Source: Bosea sp. (in: a-proteobacteria)
GTDB taxonomy: Bacteria > Pseudomonadota > Alphaproteobacteria > Rhizobiales > Beijerinckiaceae
DNA length: 64,000 bases
NCBI RefSeq assembly: GCF_017308075.1
Contig: NZ_JAFKFX010000038.1
Span: 51,983-115,982 of the forward strand
Direction of reading: 5' to 3'
Within the stretch, counting starts at the first letter, position 1. Each line of letters starts with the position of its first letter. This document shows, one piece after another, positions 37,035 through 47,517 of the stretch. A program made the position numbers and the translations under genes. The notes beneath the pieces are model-generated. The model saw only the letters and a list, made by a program, of their open reading frames with translations. It was not told where the DNA came from and did no database searches.

Positions 37035-37805
37035 TCAACCCGGCGGCGGTGACGCACCATGATCCCGGTTCAGCCGGCGCGACGGCGTCGGCTGCGGCAA
37101 CAACACCGGCCGGAAGGCGAAACTACGGCGTGTCGCCCGCAAGGGCGCCTGGCGATAGAATTGCTTGGTGGCGTCGACGACATGCACCCCGGCGAAGGGC
37201 AGCGACAACCCGGCACCGAATTTTTCCCAGGCACCGGCCGAACGCAGGAACAGGCGCCGGCGCAGCGGAGGCACATAGAGCGCTTCGCTCCAGCTCTCCG
37301 GCGAGAACATCGCCCGGCGCATCAGATTCTCGAGTTGGGTGCGGCTGAACGGCCGGCCATGCCCGAAGGGAGTCGTGTCCATCCGGGCCCAGAGCCCACG
37401 GCGATTCGGCGCGATCACGATCAGTCTGCCGCCGGGATTGAGCACGCGCGAGGCCTCCTCCAGCAGGTCCTCGGGGCTCTCCGTCTCTTCGAGCGCATGC
37501 ACGATCAGCACGCGATCGACCGAGGCGGTGGGCAGCGGCAGCAAGGTCGGCTCGACCAGCGCGGAGGACGACAGCCCCTGGGAGGGCCAGTTCAGCACGC
37601 CCTGCGCCGCCGGCATGAAGGCGATGACGCGCTCGGCCTCGCCGCCGATCAAGGGCAGATAGGGCGTCGCGAAGCCGAGGCCGAGCAATCGCTGGCGCTG
37701 GCAATGCGGCCAGAGCCGCAGCACCACCCGTCCGACCGCCTGGCGCGCCACATGCCCGAGCGGACTGGCATAGAAGGCACGCAGGTCGACGACATCGAGA
37801 GCCAT
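37035..37805 (-). CDS. class I SAM-dependent methyltransferase
   Basis: Starting MALDVVDLRAFY, it has the …LLGLGFATPYL… and …VLNPGGRLIVIAPN… motifs. It is divergent from gloB, as is conserved in alphaproteobacteria. The 591-aa track ORF is a shadow extension over gloB. Confidence 0.8.
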   Translation of the reverse strand: MALDVVDLRAFYASPLGHVARQAVGRVVLRLWPHCQRQRLLGLGFATPYLPLIGGEAERVIAFMPAAQGVLNWPSQGLSSSALVEPTLLPLPTASVDRVLIVHALEETESPEDLLEEASRVLNPGGRLIVIAPNRRGLWARMDTTPFGHGRPFSRTQLENLMRRAMFSPESWSEALYVPPLRRRLFLRSAGAWEKFGAGLSLPFAGVHVVDATKQFYRQAPLRATRRSFAFRPVLLPQPTPSRRLNRDHGASPPPG

Positions 37806-37937
37806 CCGACGGAGATGGCGCAGGCGGCGCACGAGTGCAAGGGCGCTCCTTGAAGAGGAGATTGGGCTTGGCCTGCCAAAGCCGCTATGAAGCGGCTCGA
37901 CACGGCCGGCGTTAGGCCGCTGCTTCCGGAGCCTGTC

Positions 37938-38702
37938 ATGCCTCTCGACATCCATGTCTTCCGCACGCTCAGCGACAATGCCGGCGCCCTGCTCCACGAT
38001 CCGGCGAGCGGAGCCTGCGCCGCCATCGACGTGCCCAATGCCGGCGAGGTCCTCGCCGCGGCCGGAGCCAAGGGCTGGGCGATCTCGCAGATTCTGGTCA
38101 CCCATGAGCACGCCGACCATATCCAGGGCATCGCCGCGCTGAAGCAGGCGACCGGCGCCCGCGTCTACGCTCCCGCGGCCGCCCGCGGCGGCGCACCTGT
38201 CGATGTCGTCATCGGCGAAGGCGACCATGTCGCGCTCGGCGGCGATGATTTCGAGGTCTGGGCGACGCCCGGCCATGCCGAAGGCCATGTCAGCCTGATC
38301 AGCCGCGCCTCCGCTCTCGCCCTCGTCGGCGACGTCGTCTTCGTCATGGGCTGCGGCCGCGTCATGCCCGGCCGGATGGAGGCGATGTGGACCTCGCTGT
38401 CGCGCCTGATGGCGCTGCCGGACGCCACCAGGCTGATCACCGGCCATGACTACACCTTGTCGAACGCGCGCTTCGCCGCGGCGATGGACCCGGGCAATCC
38501 CGCAGTCGCAGCCCGCCTCGCCGAGGCCGAGGCCGCCAAGGCTGCCGGCCGCTTCTGGGCGCTGACGACGATCGCCGAGGAAAAGGCGACGAATCCGTTC
38601 TTCCGCGCCGGTGAGACCGCGCTCGCCGCCACGCTCGGCCTCGTCGGCAAGCCGGCCGGCGAGATCTTTGCCGCGCTGCGCGAAGCCAAGAACAAGTTCT
38701 GA
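37938..38702 (+). CDS. gloB: hydroxyacylglutathione hydrolase (glyoxalase II)
   Basis: It has the metallo-beta-lactamase motif THEHADHIQG, …TPGHAEGHV… and a C-terminal …TNPFFR motif. Confidence 0.93.
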   Translation: MPLDIHVFRTLSDNAGALLHDPASGACAAIDVPNAGEVLAAAGAKGWAISQILVTHEHADHIQGIAALKQATGARVYAPAAARGGAPVDVVIGEGDHVALGGDDFEVWATPGHAEGHVSLISRASALALVGDVVFVMGCGRVMPGRMEAMWTSLSRLMALPDATRLITGHDYTLSNARFAAAMDPGNPAVAARLAEAEAAKAAGRFWALTTIAEEKATNPFFRAGETALAATLGLVGKPAGEIFAALREAKNKF

Positions 38703-38800
38703 GCACCGGCCCTTTTTGGCCCTCATCCTTCGAGACGCGATCTGCGATCGCTCCTCAGGATGAGGGCTGAAGGACCCAGACATCACACAGGACCGCAACC

Positions 38801-39247
38801 ATGAGTCCACGGCTGGACGGCCTCGATGCGGCCGGCATCATCGCGCTGCTCAAGCTGCAGCCGCATCCCGAGGGCGGGTATTACCGCGAGACCTTCCGCG
38901 ACCCGCAGGGGCCGGAAGGCCGCGGCTTCTCGACCGCGATCTATTACCTGCTCGATGCCGGCGAGAGCTCGCACTGGCACCGTGTCGACGCGGCCGAGAT
39001 CTGGCATCACTATGCCGGCGCGCCTCTGGCGCTCAGCCTGTCGCAGGACGGCGCCAGCGCCGCGACCCAGCATCTCGGCAAGGATCTCGCCGCCGGCCAG
39101 CGCCCGCAGATCGTCGTGCCCGCCGGCTGCTGGCAGAGCGCCGTCTCCCTCGGCGGCTGGACACTGGTCGGCTGCACGGTCGCGCCGGGCTTCGCCTTCT
39201 CGGCCTTCGAGATGGCGAAGCCCGGCTGGCAGCCCGGGGATCACTGA
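38801..39247 (+). CDS. cupin domain protein (DUF985 family)
   Basis: …LKLQPHPEGGYYRETFRD…IYYLL..GE.SHWHRV.. is the typical DUF985 cupin pattern. Confidence 0.8.
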   Translation: MSPRLDGLDAAGIIALLKLQPHPEGGYYRETFRDPQGPEGRGFSTAIYYLLDAGESSHWHRVDAAEIWHHYAGAPLALSLSQDGASAATQHLGKDLAAGQRPQIVVPAGCWQSAVSLGGWTLVGCTVAPGFAFSAFEMAKPGWQPGDH

Positions 39248-39249
39248 GC

Positions 39250-40011
39250 ATGGACAAACCCGTCACCGACCTCGCACTGGTCCGCGCCTGCGAAAGCCGA
39301 ATCGTCAATGCCTGGCCCGCGCCCACGACCTTGGTCATCGACGACTGGGTGGTGCGCTTCGCCAATGGCTATTCCGGCCGCGCCAATTCCGCTTCGGCCC
39401 TGCAGGCCGACGCCGAAATGGACGATGAAACTCTGGCGTTCATCGAAAAGCTCTATGCCGAGGCCGGGTTGCCGCCGCGCATCCGCTTCACGCCGCTCGT
39501 CGCCGAGAGCGCCCGCCAGCGCTTCGCCGCGCGCGGCTACCGGATCGAGACAGCCTCCTTCGGCATGGTCGCCGAGCTCGATCCTGCCCGGCATCCGGAA
39601 GATCCGGAGATGCTCGTCGAGCCGCGCGCGGCGGAAGCCTGGGTCACCGGCGTCTGCAGCCACCAGACCGGCAACAAGCGCAATCGCGCGCATCTGTCAG
39701 CCATCGTCTCGGGCGTGCGCCTGCCAGCCGCCTTCGCGACCCTGCTGCATGAGGGCCACCCCGCCGCCTATGCGATGAGTATCGCCGAGCGCGGTATGGC
39801 CGAGATCGGCGCGGTGATCGTCGACGAGAGCCTGCGCGGAAAAGGTCTCGGCAGGAAGCTGATGCTCGGCCTGATGGGCTGGGCCGCGGCGCAGGGCTGC
39901 AGCCTCGCCTATCTCCAGGTCGACCAGAGCAACGGCCTCGCCTTCGAGATGTATCGCCGGCTCGGCTTTCGCACGGTCTACGCCTACGAGACGCGCGTGC
40001 GGGACCGCTGA
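39250..40011 (+). CDS. GNAT-family N-acetyltransferase
   Basis: The C-terminal acetyl-CoA motif is …VIVDESLRGKGLGRKLMLGLMGWA…MYRRLGF. It begins 3 nt after the cupin gene. Confidence 0.8.
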   Translation: MDKPVTDLALVRACESRIVNAWPAPTTLVIDDWVVRFANGYSGRANSASALQADAEMDDETLAFIEKLYAEAGLPPRIRFTPLVAESARQRFAARGYRIETASFGMVAELDPARHPEDPEMLVEPRAAEAWVTGVCSHQTGNKRNRAHLSAIVSGVRLPAAFATLLHEGHPAAYAMSIAERGMAEIGAVIVDESLRGKGLGRKLMLGLMGWAAAQGCSLAYLQVDQSNGLAFEMYRRLGFRTVYAYETRVRDR

Positions 40012-40877
40012 AGCGGCCTTCCGGCACCCGGACCGAAGCTCGCGACCAGCGCTCCGACCGCGATCAGCACGCAGGCCAAAGCGAGCAGCCAGCTCGCCGC
40101 GGCATAGCCGGCGAGCACCAGGACGATGGTCGAGAGCACCGGAGCGGCATAGGAGGCGACGCCGAGCAGGGAGACGTCGCCCTGCTTCATGCCGATGTCC
40201 CAGCAGACGAAGGCGAGTCCGGTCGCGCCAAGGCCGAGCCCCAGCACGCCGCCCCACTCGACGAGGCTCGGCGTCCACAAGCTCTGCTCGAAGGCGAGAT
40301 GGCAGGCCAGGGCCGCGACGGCGCAGCCGAGCATGGTGACGCCGAGGCTCTCGGAGGGAACGCCGGCGAAGCGGCGCGAGACCACCGAATAGCTCGCCTA
40401 GACGAAGGCGCCCAGCGCCGCCAGCACATGGCCGAGCTGAATACCGTCACCGCCGGCGCCGAGGCTGCCCGAGATCAGCATCGCCGTCGCCGAAAGGCCG
40501 ATCAGGGCCCCGGCGAGATGGCCCAGCTTCAGCCCGCCGCCCGGCAAAAGCGCCGCGAACAGCACGATCAGCAGCGGCCAGAGATAATGGATCAGATTGG
40601 CCTCGGCCGGCGGCGCCGTCTTGACCGCGGCATAGTAGAGCGCGCTGTCGCCGAAGGGGCCGTAGAGCCCGAGCAGGAAGGAGGCCGGCGTCGGCCGCGC
40701 CAGATGCAGCCGGCCCCGCGCCGCCGCGATCGCGAGGATGAACAGGCCGCCGATCACGAAGGTCATGGCGACGAGCTGGAACGCCGGAACCCGGCCGCTC
40801 ATCGCTGTGAACAGCGCCAGAGTCGACCAGAGCAGGATGGCGACGAGGCCGGTCGCGGTGGCGGTGCGGGAGGTCAT
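39984..40877 (-). pseudogene. EamA/DMT transporter interrupted by one in-frame TAG (W to stop)
   Basis: The ORFs 40398..40877 and 39984..40385 are in the same frame and together form a 10-TM two-EamA-repeat protein. The junction reads ..LGAFV-TAG-ASYSVVSRRF, where family members have W (AF.WA.Y.V..R). Confidence 0.75.
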
Positions 40878-40995
40878 CGGTGGCGCTCGGCAGGGGCGCG
40901 GCAGCGGTTAGCGGAGCGGCCCCCTCCTGGCTATGCCCGCCTCGTCACCGAAGCAGAGACGGCGCGCCGCCATGCAGGCGGCGCGCCTGAAGACA

Positions 40996-41718
40996 TCAGG
41001 CCATGTACTGGCCGCCATTGACGGCGAAGGTCGCTCCGGTGGTGAAGGCGCCGGTATCCGAGGCGAGGAAGACCACGGTCTGGGCGATCTCCTCGGGCTT
41101 GCCGAGCCGGCCGACCGGGATGCCGGCGACGACGCGCTTCAGCGCCTCCTCCGGCATCGCCGCGACCATGTCGGTGCCGATATAGCCCGGCGTGATCGCG
41201 TTGACGGTGATGCCCTTGTTGGCGTTCTCCTGCGCCAGCGCCTTGACGAAACCGATATCGCCGGCCTTCGCCGCCGAATAGTTGACCTGGCCCATCTGGC
41301 CCTTCTGGCCGTTGATCGATGAGATCACGATGATCCGGCCGAAGCCGCGTCCGCGCATGCCCTCGATCACCGGCCGGGTCATGTTGAACAGCGAGTCGAG
41401 ATTGGTGCGGATGACGTCCGACCACTGCTCCTTGGTCATCTTGTGGAAGAAGCCGTCGCGGGTGATGCCGGCATTGTTGACGAGGATGTCGACCGGCCCG
41501 ACCTCGGCCTCGACCTTGGCGATGCCGGCGGCGCAGGCGTCATAGTCGCCGACATCCCATTTATAGACGGGAACCCCGGTCTCGGCCTTGAACTTGGCGG
41601 CGGCCTCGTCATTGCCGGCATAGCTCGCGGCGACCTTGTAGCCGGCCTCCTGCAGCGCCTTGCAGATCGCCGCGCCGATGCCGCGCGTGCCCCCAGTCAC
41701 CAAAGCAACTCTAGACAT
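40996..41718 (-). CDS. phaB: acetoacetyl-CoA reductase
   Basis: MSRVALVTGGTRGIGAAI...NNAGITRD..F.KM....W...NYSAAKAG is the SDR of PhbB type at 240 aa. It lies in the pha cluster. Confidence 0.93.
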   Translation of the reverse strand: MSRVALVTGGTRGIGAAICKALQEAGYKVAASYAGNDEAAAKFKAETGVPVYKWDVGDYDACAAGIAKVEAEVGPVDILVNNAGITRDGFFHKMTKEQWSDVIRTNLDSLFNMTRPVIEGMRGRGFGRIIVISSINGQKGQMGQVNYSAAKAGDIGFVKALAQENANKGITVNAITPGYIGTDMVAAMPEEALKRVVAGIPVGRLGKPEEIAQTVVFLASDTGAFTTGATFAVNGGQYMA

Positions 41719-41754
41719 CCTCTGCTCCTCCCTTCGGGCCGGCCCCTCGGCCGC

Positions 41755-42084
41755 TTATTGTTGCGAGAGATCGAGACCGGGCTCATAGGCCCGGTCCACA
41801 TCCTTGATGATCGCCTGGCCGCAGATCACGCGCCCCGCCTTCTCGTCATAGGTCAGGGTCGGGGGTCCGGAGCATGACGCCGAAAAGTGCGAAGCGGTTT
41901 TCGGGGCGACGTCATATTCCAGACGACAAGTTTGAGAAACCGATTCAGATGTCAGGCCATGATGGCCTGACATCATCGGGCTCTCGAGCACCCAGCCACG
42001 GCTCAGCGCCTCCGAGACCCGGTGACAGAACGATGCGTCATCGGGTCCGGTCAGGTAGCGGTAGAGCGTGGTCTGCTTGGGCAT
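41755..42084 (-). CDS. DUF1737-family small protein carrying a 39-codon in-frame insertion
   Basis: The N-terminal part [27 protein letters not shown] and the C-terminal part [24 protein letters not shown] match the contiguous DUF1737 pattern. They are separated here by [39 protein letters not shown]. Confidence 0.6.
   Translation of the reverse strand: MPKQTTLYRYLTGPDDASFCHRVSEALSRGWVLESPMMSGHHGLTSESVSQTCRLEYDVAPKTASHFSASCSGPPTLTYDEKAGRVICGQAIIKDVDRAYEPGLDLSQQ
41869..41985. repeat. 117-bp repeat/MITE-like insertion inside the DUF1737 ORF
   Basis: It starts with (CC)GGAGCAT like the 13819 element. It contains ..CCGAAAAGTGCGAAGCGGTTTTCGG.. and a perfect 12-bp palindrome GATGTCAGGCCA-TGA-TGGCCTGACATC. 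Its local composition is less GC-rich than the flanks. Confidence 0.55.
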
Positions 42085-42094
42085 GGCCGGCGGC

Positions 42095-43360
<1,266 letters not shown>

Positions 43361-43531
43361 TCAAGACAGCCATCGGGCGAAGCCTATCATCGAGGCAGCG
43401 GCAGGCATCGCCGCCCTGGCGCTCAAAAAACTTGCAGCCGGTGGCCGACAGGCTATCGTCACGCTAGGGAACCGTTTCCGGCGCCGCTCCGATCCCGGGG
43501 CGGTCGGTCGGTGCAGGGCGCGTGGATATCT

Positions 43532-44122
43532 ATGGCCAGCGACAAAGAAGCGACCGTCATCAAGAAATACGCCAATCGTCGGCTGTACCATACGGGCACA
43601 AGTTCCTATGTCACGCTGGAAGATCTCGCCGGCCTGGTGCGCAATGGCGAGGATTTCGTCGTCTACGATGCCAAGAGCGGCGAGGACATCACCCGCTCGG
43701 TGCTGGCCCAGATCATCTTCGAGGAAGAGAGCAAGGACGGGCAGAACCTTTTGCCGATCGCTTTCCTGCGCCAGCTGATCCGCTTCTATGGCGACAGCAT
43801 GCAGGCACTGGTGCCACGCTATCTCGAATTCTCGATGGAGAATCTGACCAAGGAACAGAACCAGTTCCGCGAGCAGATGAGCAAGGCCTTCGGCGGCGGG
43901 ACCTTCGGCACCGGCGCTCTCGACGCGATCCAGGCCCAGACCCGGGCGAACATGACCATGTTCACCGATGCCTTCCGGCTGTTCAATCCCTTCGCCGCGG
44001 CCGGCGCCAAGGCCCAGGCGGAAGCCCCTCCGGCCGCGCCCGAAAATGCGGAACTCGGCGATCTCAAGCGCGAGCTCAACGAGATGCGCGAGATGCTGGA
44101 CAAGCTCGCCAAGAGCAAGTGA
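43532..44122 (+). CDS. phaR: polyhydroxyalkanoate synthesis repressor PhaR
   Basis: IKKYANRRLY.T..S.YVTLEDLA..V..GEDF.V.DAK.GEDITR.VL.QII.E.E is the canonical PhaR N-domain. It is divergent from phaA. The 684-aa track ORF is mostly shadow antisense to phaA. Confidence 0.93.
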   Translation: MASDKEATVIKKYANRRLYHTGTSSYVTLEDLAGLVRNGEDFVVYDAKSGEDITRSVLAQIIFEEESKDGQNLLPIAFLRQLIRFYGDSMQALVPRYLEFSMENLTKEQNQFREQMSKAFGGGTFGTGALDAIQAQTRANMTMFTDAFRLFNPFAAAGAKAQAEAPPAAPENAELGDLKRELNEMREMLDKLAKSK

Positions 44123-44195
44123 AGCCGGGCGAGCGAGCACGGCTCTAAGGCATCGACCTGGGGGCCGGCTTCGCCCTGCCGCCCATGCCGAGGCC

Positions 44196-45890
44196 TCAGA
44201 TCGCCTCGGAGAGCGGCGCGACCAGGGCCGGACTGGATTGCCAGAGTTCGGCTTTGCCGACCAGATGACCTTGCAGATAGGTCACGCCCCAGTCGCGCAG
44301 CATCGCGGCCTGGAGATCGTCGTCGACCCATTCCGCCACCGTCTCGACCTCAAGATGGCGCGCGAGATCGAGCAGCGTGCGCACGAAGAAGCGATCATCG
44401 GTCGAGCGCCGCAGATTCTGGGTGAAAGCGCCATCGAGCTTCAGGATGTCGATCGGAAAGGCGCGCAGATGCCGCAGCGAGGTATGGCCGGCACCGAAAT
44501 CGTCGATCGCGACGCGCGCGCCCTGTTCCTTGATCCGCGTCAGCAGCTTCACCATCCGCGCGGAATCGGCGATCGTCGCCGTCTCCGTGACCTCGACGAT
44601 CAGCCGCGACGCCTCGGAGCTGCGGCCTCGGGTGCAGGCGAGGAAGGCATCGAGCCATTCCGGGTCGGCGAGCGAGCGCGGCGAGACATTGACCGAAAGC
44701 CTCAGCCGCGGCTGCTCGGCCAGCAGGGCCATCACGAGCTCGAGCACGCGATGATCGAACAATCGGATCAGCCCGCGCCGCTCGAGCAGCGGGATCAGCT
44801 CGGCCGTGGCGAGGAAGCCCTGTCCCTGCGCCCGCTCCACCCTGAGCAGCGCCTCGCTGAAGACATGGCTGCGCGTGACCGCGCTGACCACCGGCTGCAG
44901 GGCCAGCCGGACACGGCGTTCGTTGAGCGCCGTCACCGCCTCGAGATCATGGGCGGCCGCGACGCCGACACTCTTGCGCACGACATTGCGCCGCGCGATC
45001 ACCGCCTCGTCGACGGCGCCGGCCTTGGCGCCGGCGAGCGCGCTCTCGGCCGCGGCGACGAGGGCGCCGCCCTCACGCGCGAAATCCGGCGCGATCGCCG
45101 CCCCGAGGCGCAGCCGCGCCAGAGCGATGCCGTGCGAGGTCTCGATCGCCGAACTCGCCACCGCCTTGATGAAGCGCTGCGCCGCGACTTCGACCTGCGC
45201 CGCCGGGCAGCCTGCGAGCAGGATGGCGAAGCGATTGCCGGAATAGCGCATCAGCTGGTCGCGCCGGCGCATCACTGAACGCAGCCGCTCCTGCACCTCC
45301 TGAATGATCTCGTCGGTCGCCTCATGGCCGAAATCGTCATTGAGTCGGGCGAGCTCGTCGATTGCACCGATAAGGACCACGAGGCCGCGCTCCGCCGGCA
45401 AATGCTCGGCCAGCGCCGCCTCGACATGCTCGACCAGAGCGGAGCGGTCGCAGAGATCGTGGTGATCGACATCGAGTTCCTGCGGCCGCACCGCCCGCTC
45501 GAGGCGCAGTACGCCGCGTGCGCGCGCCGGACGGCCATCCATGCCGGCGAACCAGCGCCCGGCATCCTCGATCCACATCTTGCGGCCGGCGAGGTCGACC
45601 GCATAGCGCGTGCGATAGGTCACCCCCTCGCCCGAATCCTGTGCGCCCGCCGAATGGATCGCATCATAGCGGCTGCGCCCGCTTCCCGGCTCGACCAGAC
45701 CGGCAAAGGCGAGGCCACGCACCAGCACCGTCGGCGCGACCGGGCCGAGGACCTCTGCGACATTCGGGCCCCAGTCCAGCGCATCGGTGGCGATGTCCCA
45801 GGTGTAGACCACCTCGCCGATCGAAGAGAGCAAGCTGCGCGGATCGACGATCTTCTCGTCGCGAGAGCCGAAGATGGAAGGCACGGGCAT
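44196..45890 (-). CDS. PAS-like / degenerate GGDEF / EAL domain signalling protein (likely c-di-GMP phosphodiesterase)
   Basis: The GGDEF position reads YSGNRF, which is degenerate. The EAL domain looks intact: FSEALLRV, IVEVTE, DDFGAGHTSL, KLDG and YLQGHL. Confidence 0.85.
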   Translation of the reverse strand: MPVPSIFGSRDEKIVDPRSLLSSIGEVVYTWDIATDALDWGPNVAEVLGPVAPTVLVRGLAFAGLVEPGSGRSRYDAIHSAGAQDSGEGVTYRTRYAVDLAGRKMWIEDAGRWFAGMDGRPARARGVLRLERAVRPQELDVDHHDLCDRSALVEHVEAALAEHLPAERGLVVLIGAIDELARLNDDFGHEATDEIIQEVQERLRSVMRRRDQLMRYSGNRFAILLAGCPAAQVEVAAQRFIKAVASSAIETSHGIALARLRLGAAIAPDFAREGGALVAAAESALAGAKAGAVDEAVIARRNVVRKSVGVAAAHDLEAVTALNERRVRLALQPVVSAVTRSHVFSEALLRVERAQGQGFLATAELIPLLERRGLIRLFDHRVLELVMALLAEQPRLRLSVNVSPRSLADPEWLDAFLACTRGRSSEASRLIVEVTETATIADSARMVKLLTRIKEQGARVAIDDFGAGHTSLRHLRAFPIDILKLDGAFTQNLRRSTDDRFFVRTLLDLARHLEVETVAEWVDDDLQAAMLRDWGVTYLQGHLVGKAELWQSSPALVAPLSEAI

Positions 45891-46050
45891 CGGACGACGG
45901 CCTCGGCGACGGGGGGGCCGTCGGACCCGGATTCGAGAGAGCGGAATCTGTCCCGAAACGATGCATCTCTCTGGCTTAACGGACGGTTAAGCCCGGCCTC
46001 GTGCTTGCAGCCTCCAGCCCCGGACAGTCCTGGCGTTTCGGAGCGGCACA

Positions 46051-46281
46051 ATGAGCAAAGAGGTCTGGAACGGCTCTTCCGAGCGGCGCAGTTCCGAACG
46101 GCGGCGTCCGCATGCGCCGCTCGTGCCGGCCGCTTTCCTGGTGCAGCTCGCCGCCAGCCATGCCGGGATCGGCCCGTTCGCCAGGCGCAGCCTGGAGACA
46201 CCCGCCGCCGCGGCCGGTCTCTATCGCAAGGCGGCGGGCGCCACGTCCCGCACCACCCGCATCGCGCCGCGCCTGGCCTGA
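46051..46281 (+). CDS. hypothetical small basic protein (76 aa), weak call
   Basis: The ATG has GGAG 7 nt upstream and G/C dominates third codon positions. There is no recognisable domain. It lies in a spacer of about 490 nt that is otherwise gene-free. Confidence 0.3.
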   Translation: MSKEVWNGSSERRSSERRRPHAPLVPAAFLVQLAASHAGIGPFARRSLETPAAAAGLYRKAAGATSRTTRIAPRLA

Positions 46282-46384
46282 GCGGCCCGCAATCAGGCCC
46301 GCGCGCACCCGCAAAACGAAAAAGCCGGCCTGATGGCCGGCGTTCTCAAATCGCTCGGGACAAGCGGGTCGCGCCCGCTCGTCC

Positions 46385-46570
46385 TCAGGCCTCGGTCTTG
46401 GCCTTCAGGACCTGGCGGCCGCGATACATGCCCGACTTCAGGTCGACATGGTGCGGACGGCGCAGCTCGCCGGAGTTCTTGTCTTCGATATAGGCAGGCT
46501 GCTTCAGCGCGTCGGCCGAGCGGCGCATGCCGCGCTTCGACGGCGAAGTCTTTCTCTTCGGAACGGCCAT
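46385..46570 (-). CDS. rpmF: 50S ribosomal protein L32
   Basis: [23 protein letters not shown] is the canonical L32 N-terminus at 61 aa. The 563-aa track ORF upstream of it is an Arg-rich shadow. Confidence 0.95.
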   Translation of the reverse strand: MAVPKRKTSPSKRGMRRSADALKQPAYIEDKNSGELRRPHHVDLKSGMYRGRQVLKAKTEA

Positions 46571-46659
46571 GGTACTCTCCATCATGCCGCCGCCGGAGGC
46601 GCTGGGCTTTCGCCCGCACGACCTGTGCGACGACGTCACATTCGTAAGGTGGCAGGCCT

Positions 46660-47433
46660 TTACACGCTTGCGCGCGCTCTGGCTAGAGCTCCCCGCCGAA
46701 AATCTGGCAAGGCCGCTGCGCTCCGGCGCGGCAGCGCACAGTCGCCGAGCGGCCCGAGCTGCTGCATGCGCCGCTGCACGCGCCCTGCCGCGGCCTGCAG
46801 GGCGCGGTTCGGCCGGCCGGGATTGCGCAGGATCGGATTGGGCAACGCCCCGGCGAGCCGCGCCGCCTCGGCCGGCGTCAGCTTCGCGGCCGGCTTGCCG
46901 AAATAGCGCTGCGCCGCCGCTTCCGCGCCGAAGACGCCCTCGCCCCATTCGGCGATGTTGAGATAGACCTCGATGATCCGCTGCTTCGGCCAGGCGAGGT
47001 CGATCGACAGGGCGACGGGCAGCTCCAGCGCCTTGCGCAGATAGGAGCGCCCAGGCCAGAGGAAGAGGTTCTTCGCGGTCTGCATGGTCAGCGTCGAAGC
47101 GCCGCGGCTCGGCCCGTCCTCGTCCTGGAGCACGGCATTGAGCTCGCCCCAGTCGACACCTGCATGGCTGCAGAAGCGCTGATCCTCGGAGGCGATCACG
47201 GCACGGACCAGATGCGGCGAGATCTCTTCCAGCGGTACCCAGTCGCGATTCACCTCGCGAAAACTCAGCCAGCGCCCGAGCATCAGGGTCGATGGCGCCG
47301 GAACGAAGCGGTAGAGCACGAGCGCCACGCCGAAGCTGATCGCCAGAGCCAGCATGGTCATCGTCAGGATGCGGATGATTCGCGTCACGAGGCCGTTGCG
47401 CTTCGGTCCCGGATTGCCTGCCATTCCTGTCAT
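46660..47433 (-). CDS. mtgA: monofunctional biosynthetic peptidoglycan transglycosylase
   Basis: It has the GT51 motifs [29 protein letters not shown] and RK..E. It has a single N-terminal TM helix. Confidence 0.92.
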   Translation of the reverse strand: MTGMAGNPGPKRNGLVTRIIRILTMTMLALAISFGVALVLYRFVPAPSTLMLGRWLSFREVNRDWVPLEEISPHLVRAVIASEDQRFCSHAGVDWGELNAVLQDEDGPSRGASTLTMQTAKNLFLWPGRSYLRKALELPVALSIDLAWPKQRIIEVYLNIAEWGEGVFGAEAAAQRYFGKPAAKLTPAEAARLAGALPNPILRNPGRPNRALQAAAGRVQRRMQQLGPLGDCALPRRSAAALPDFRRGALARARASV

Positions 47434-47517
47434 GCCCCACGCTTGACGATGAAGCCCGCCTCCTGCAAGCCCCAAAACGCTGGGCACCGGCCCGGCAAGC
47501 GAACGCGAGAGGGCCTG

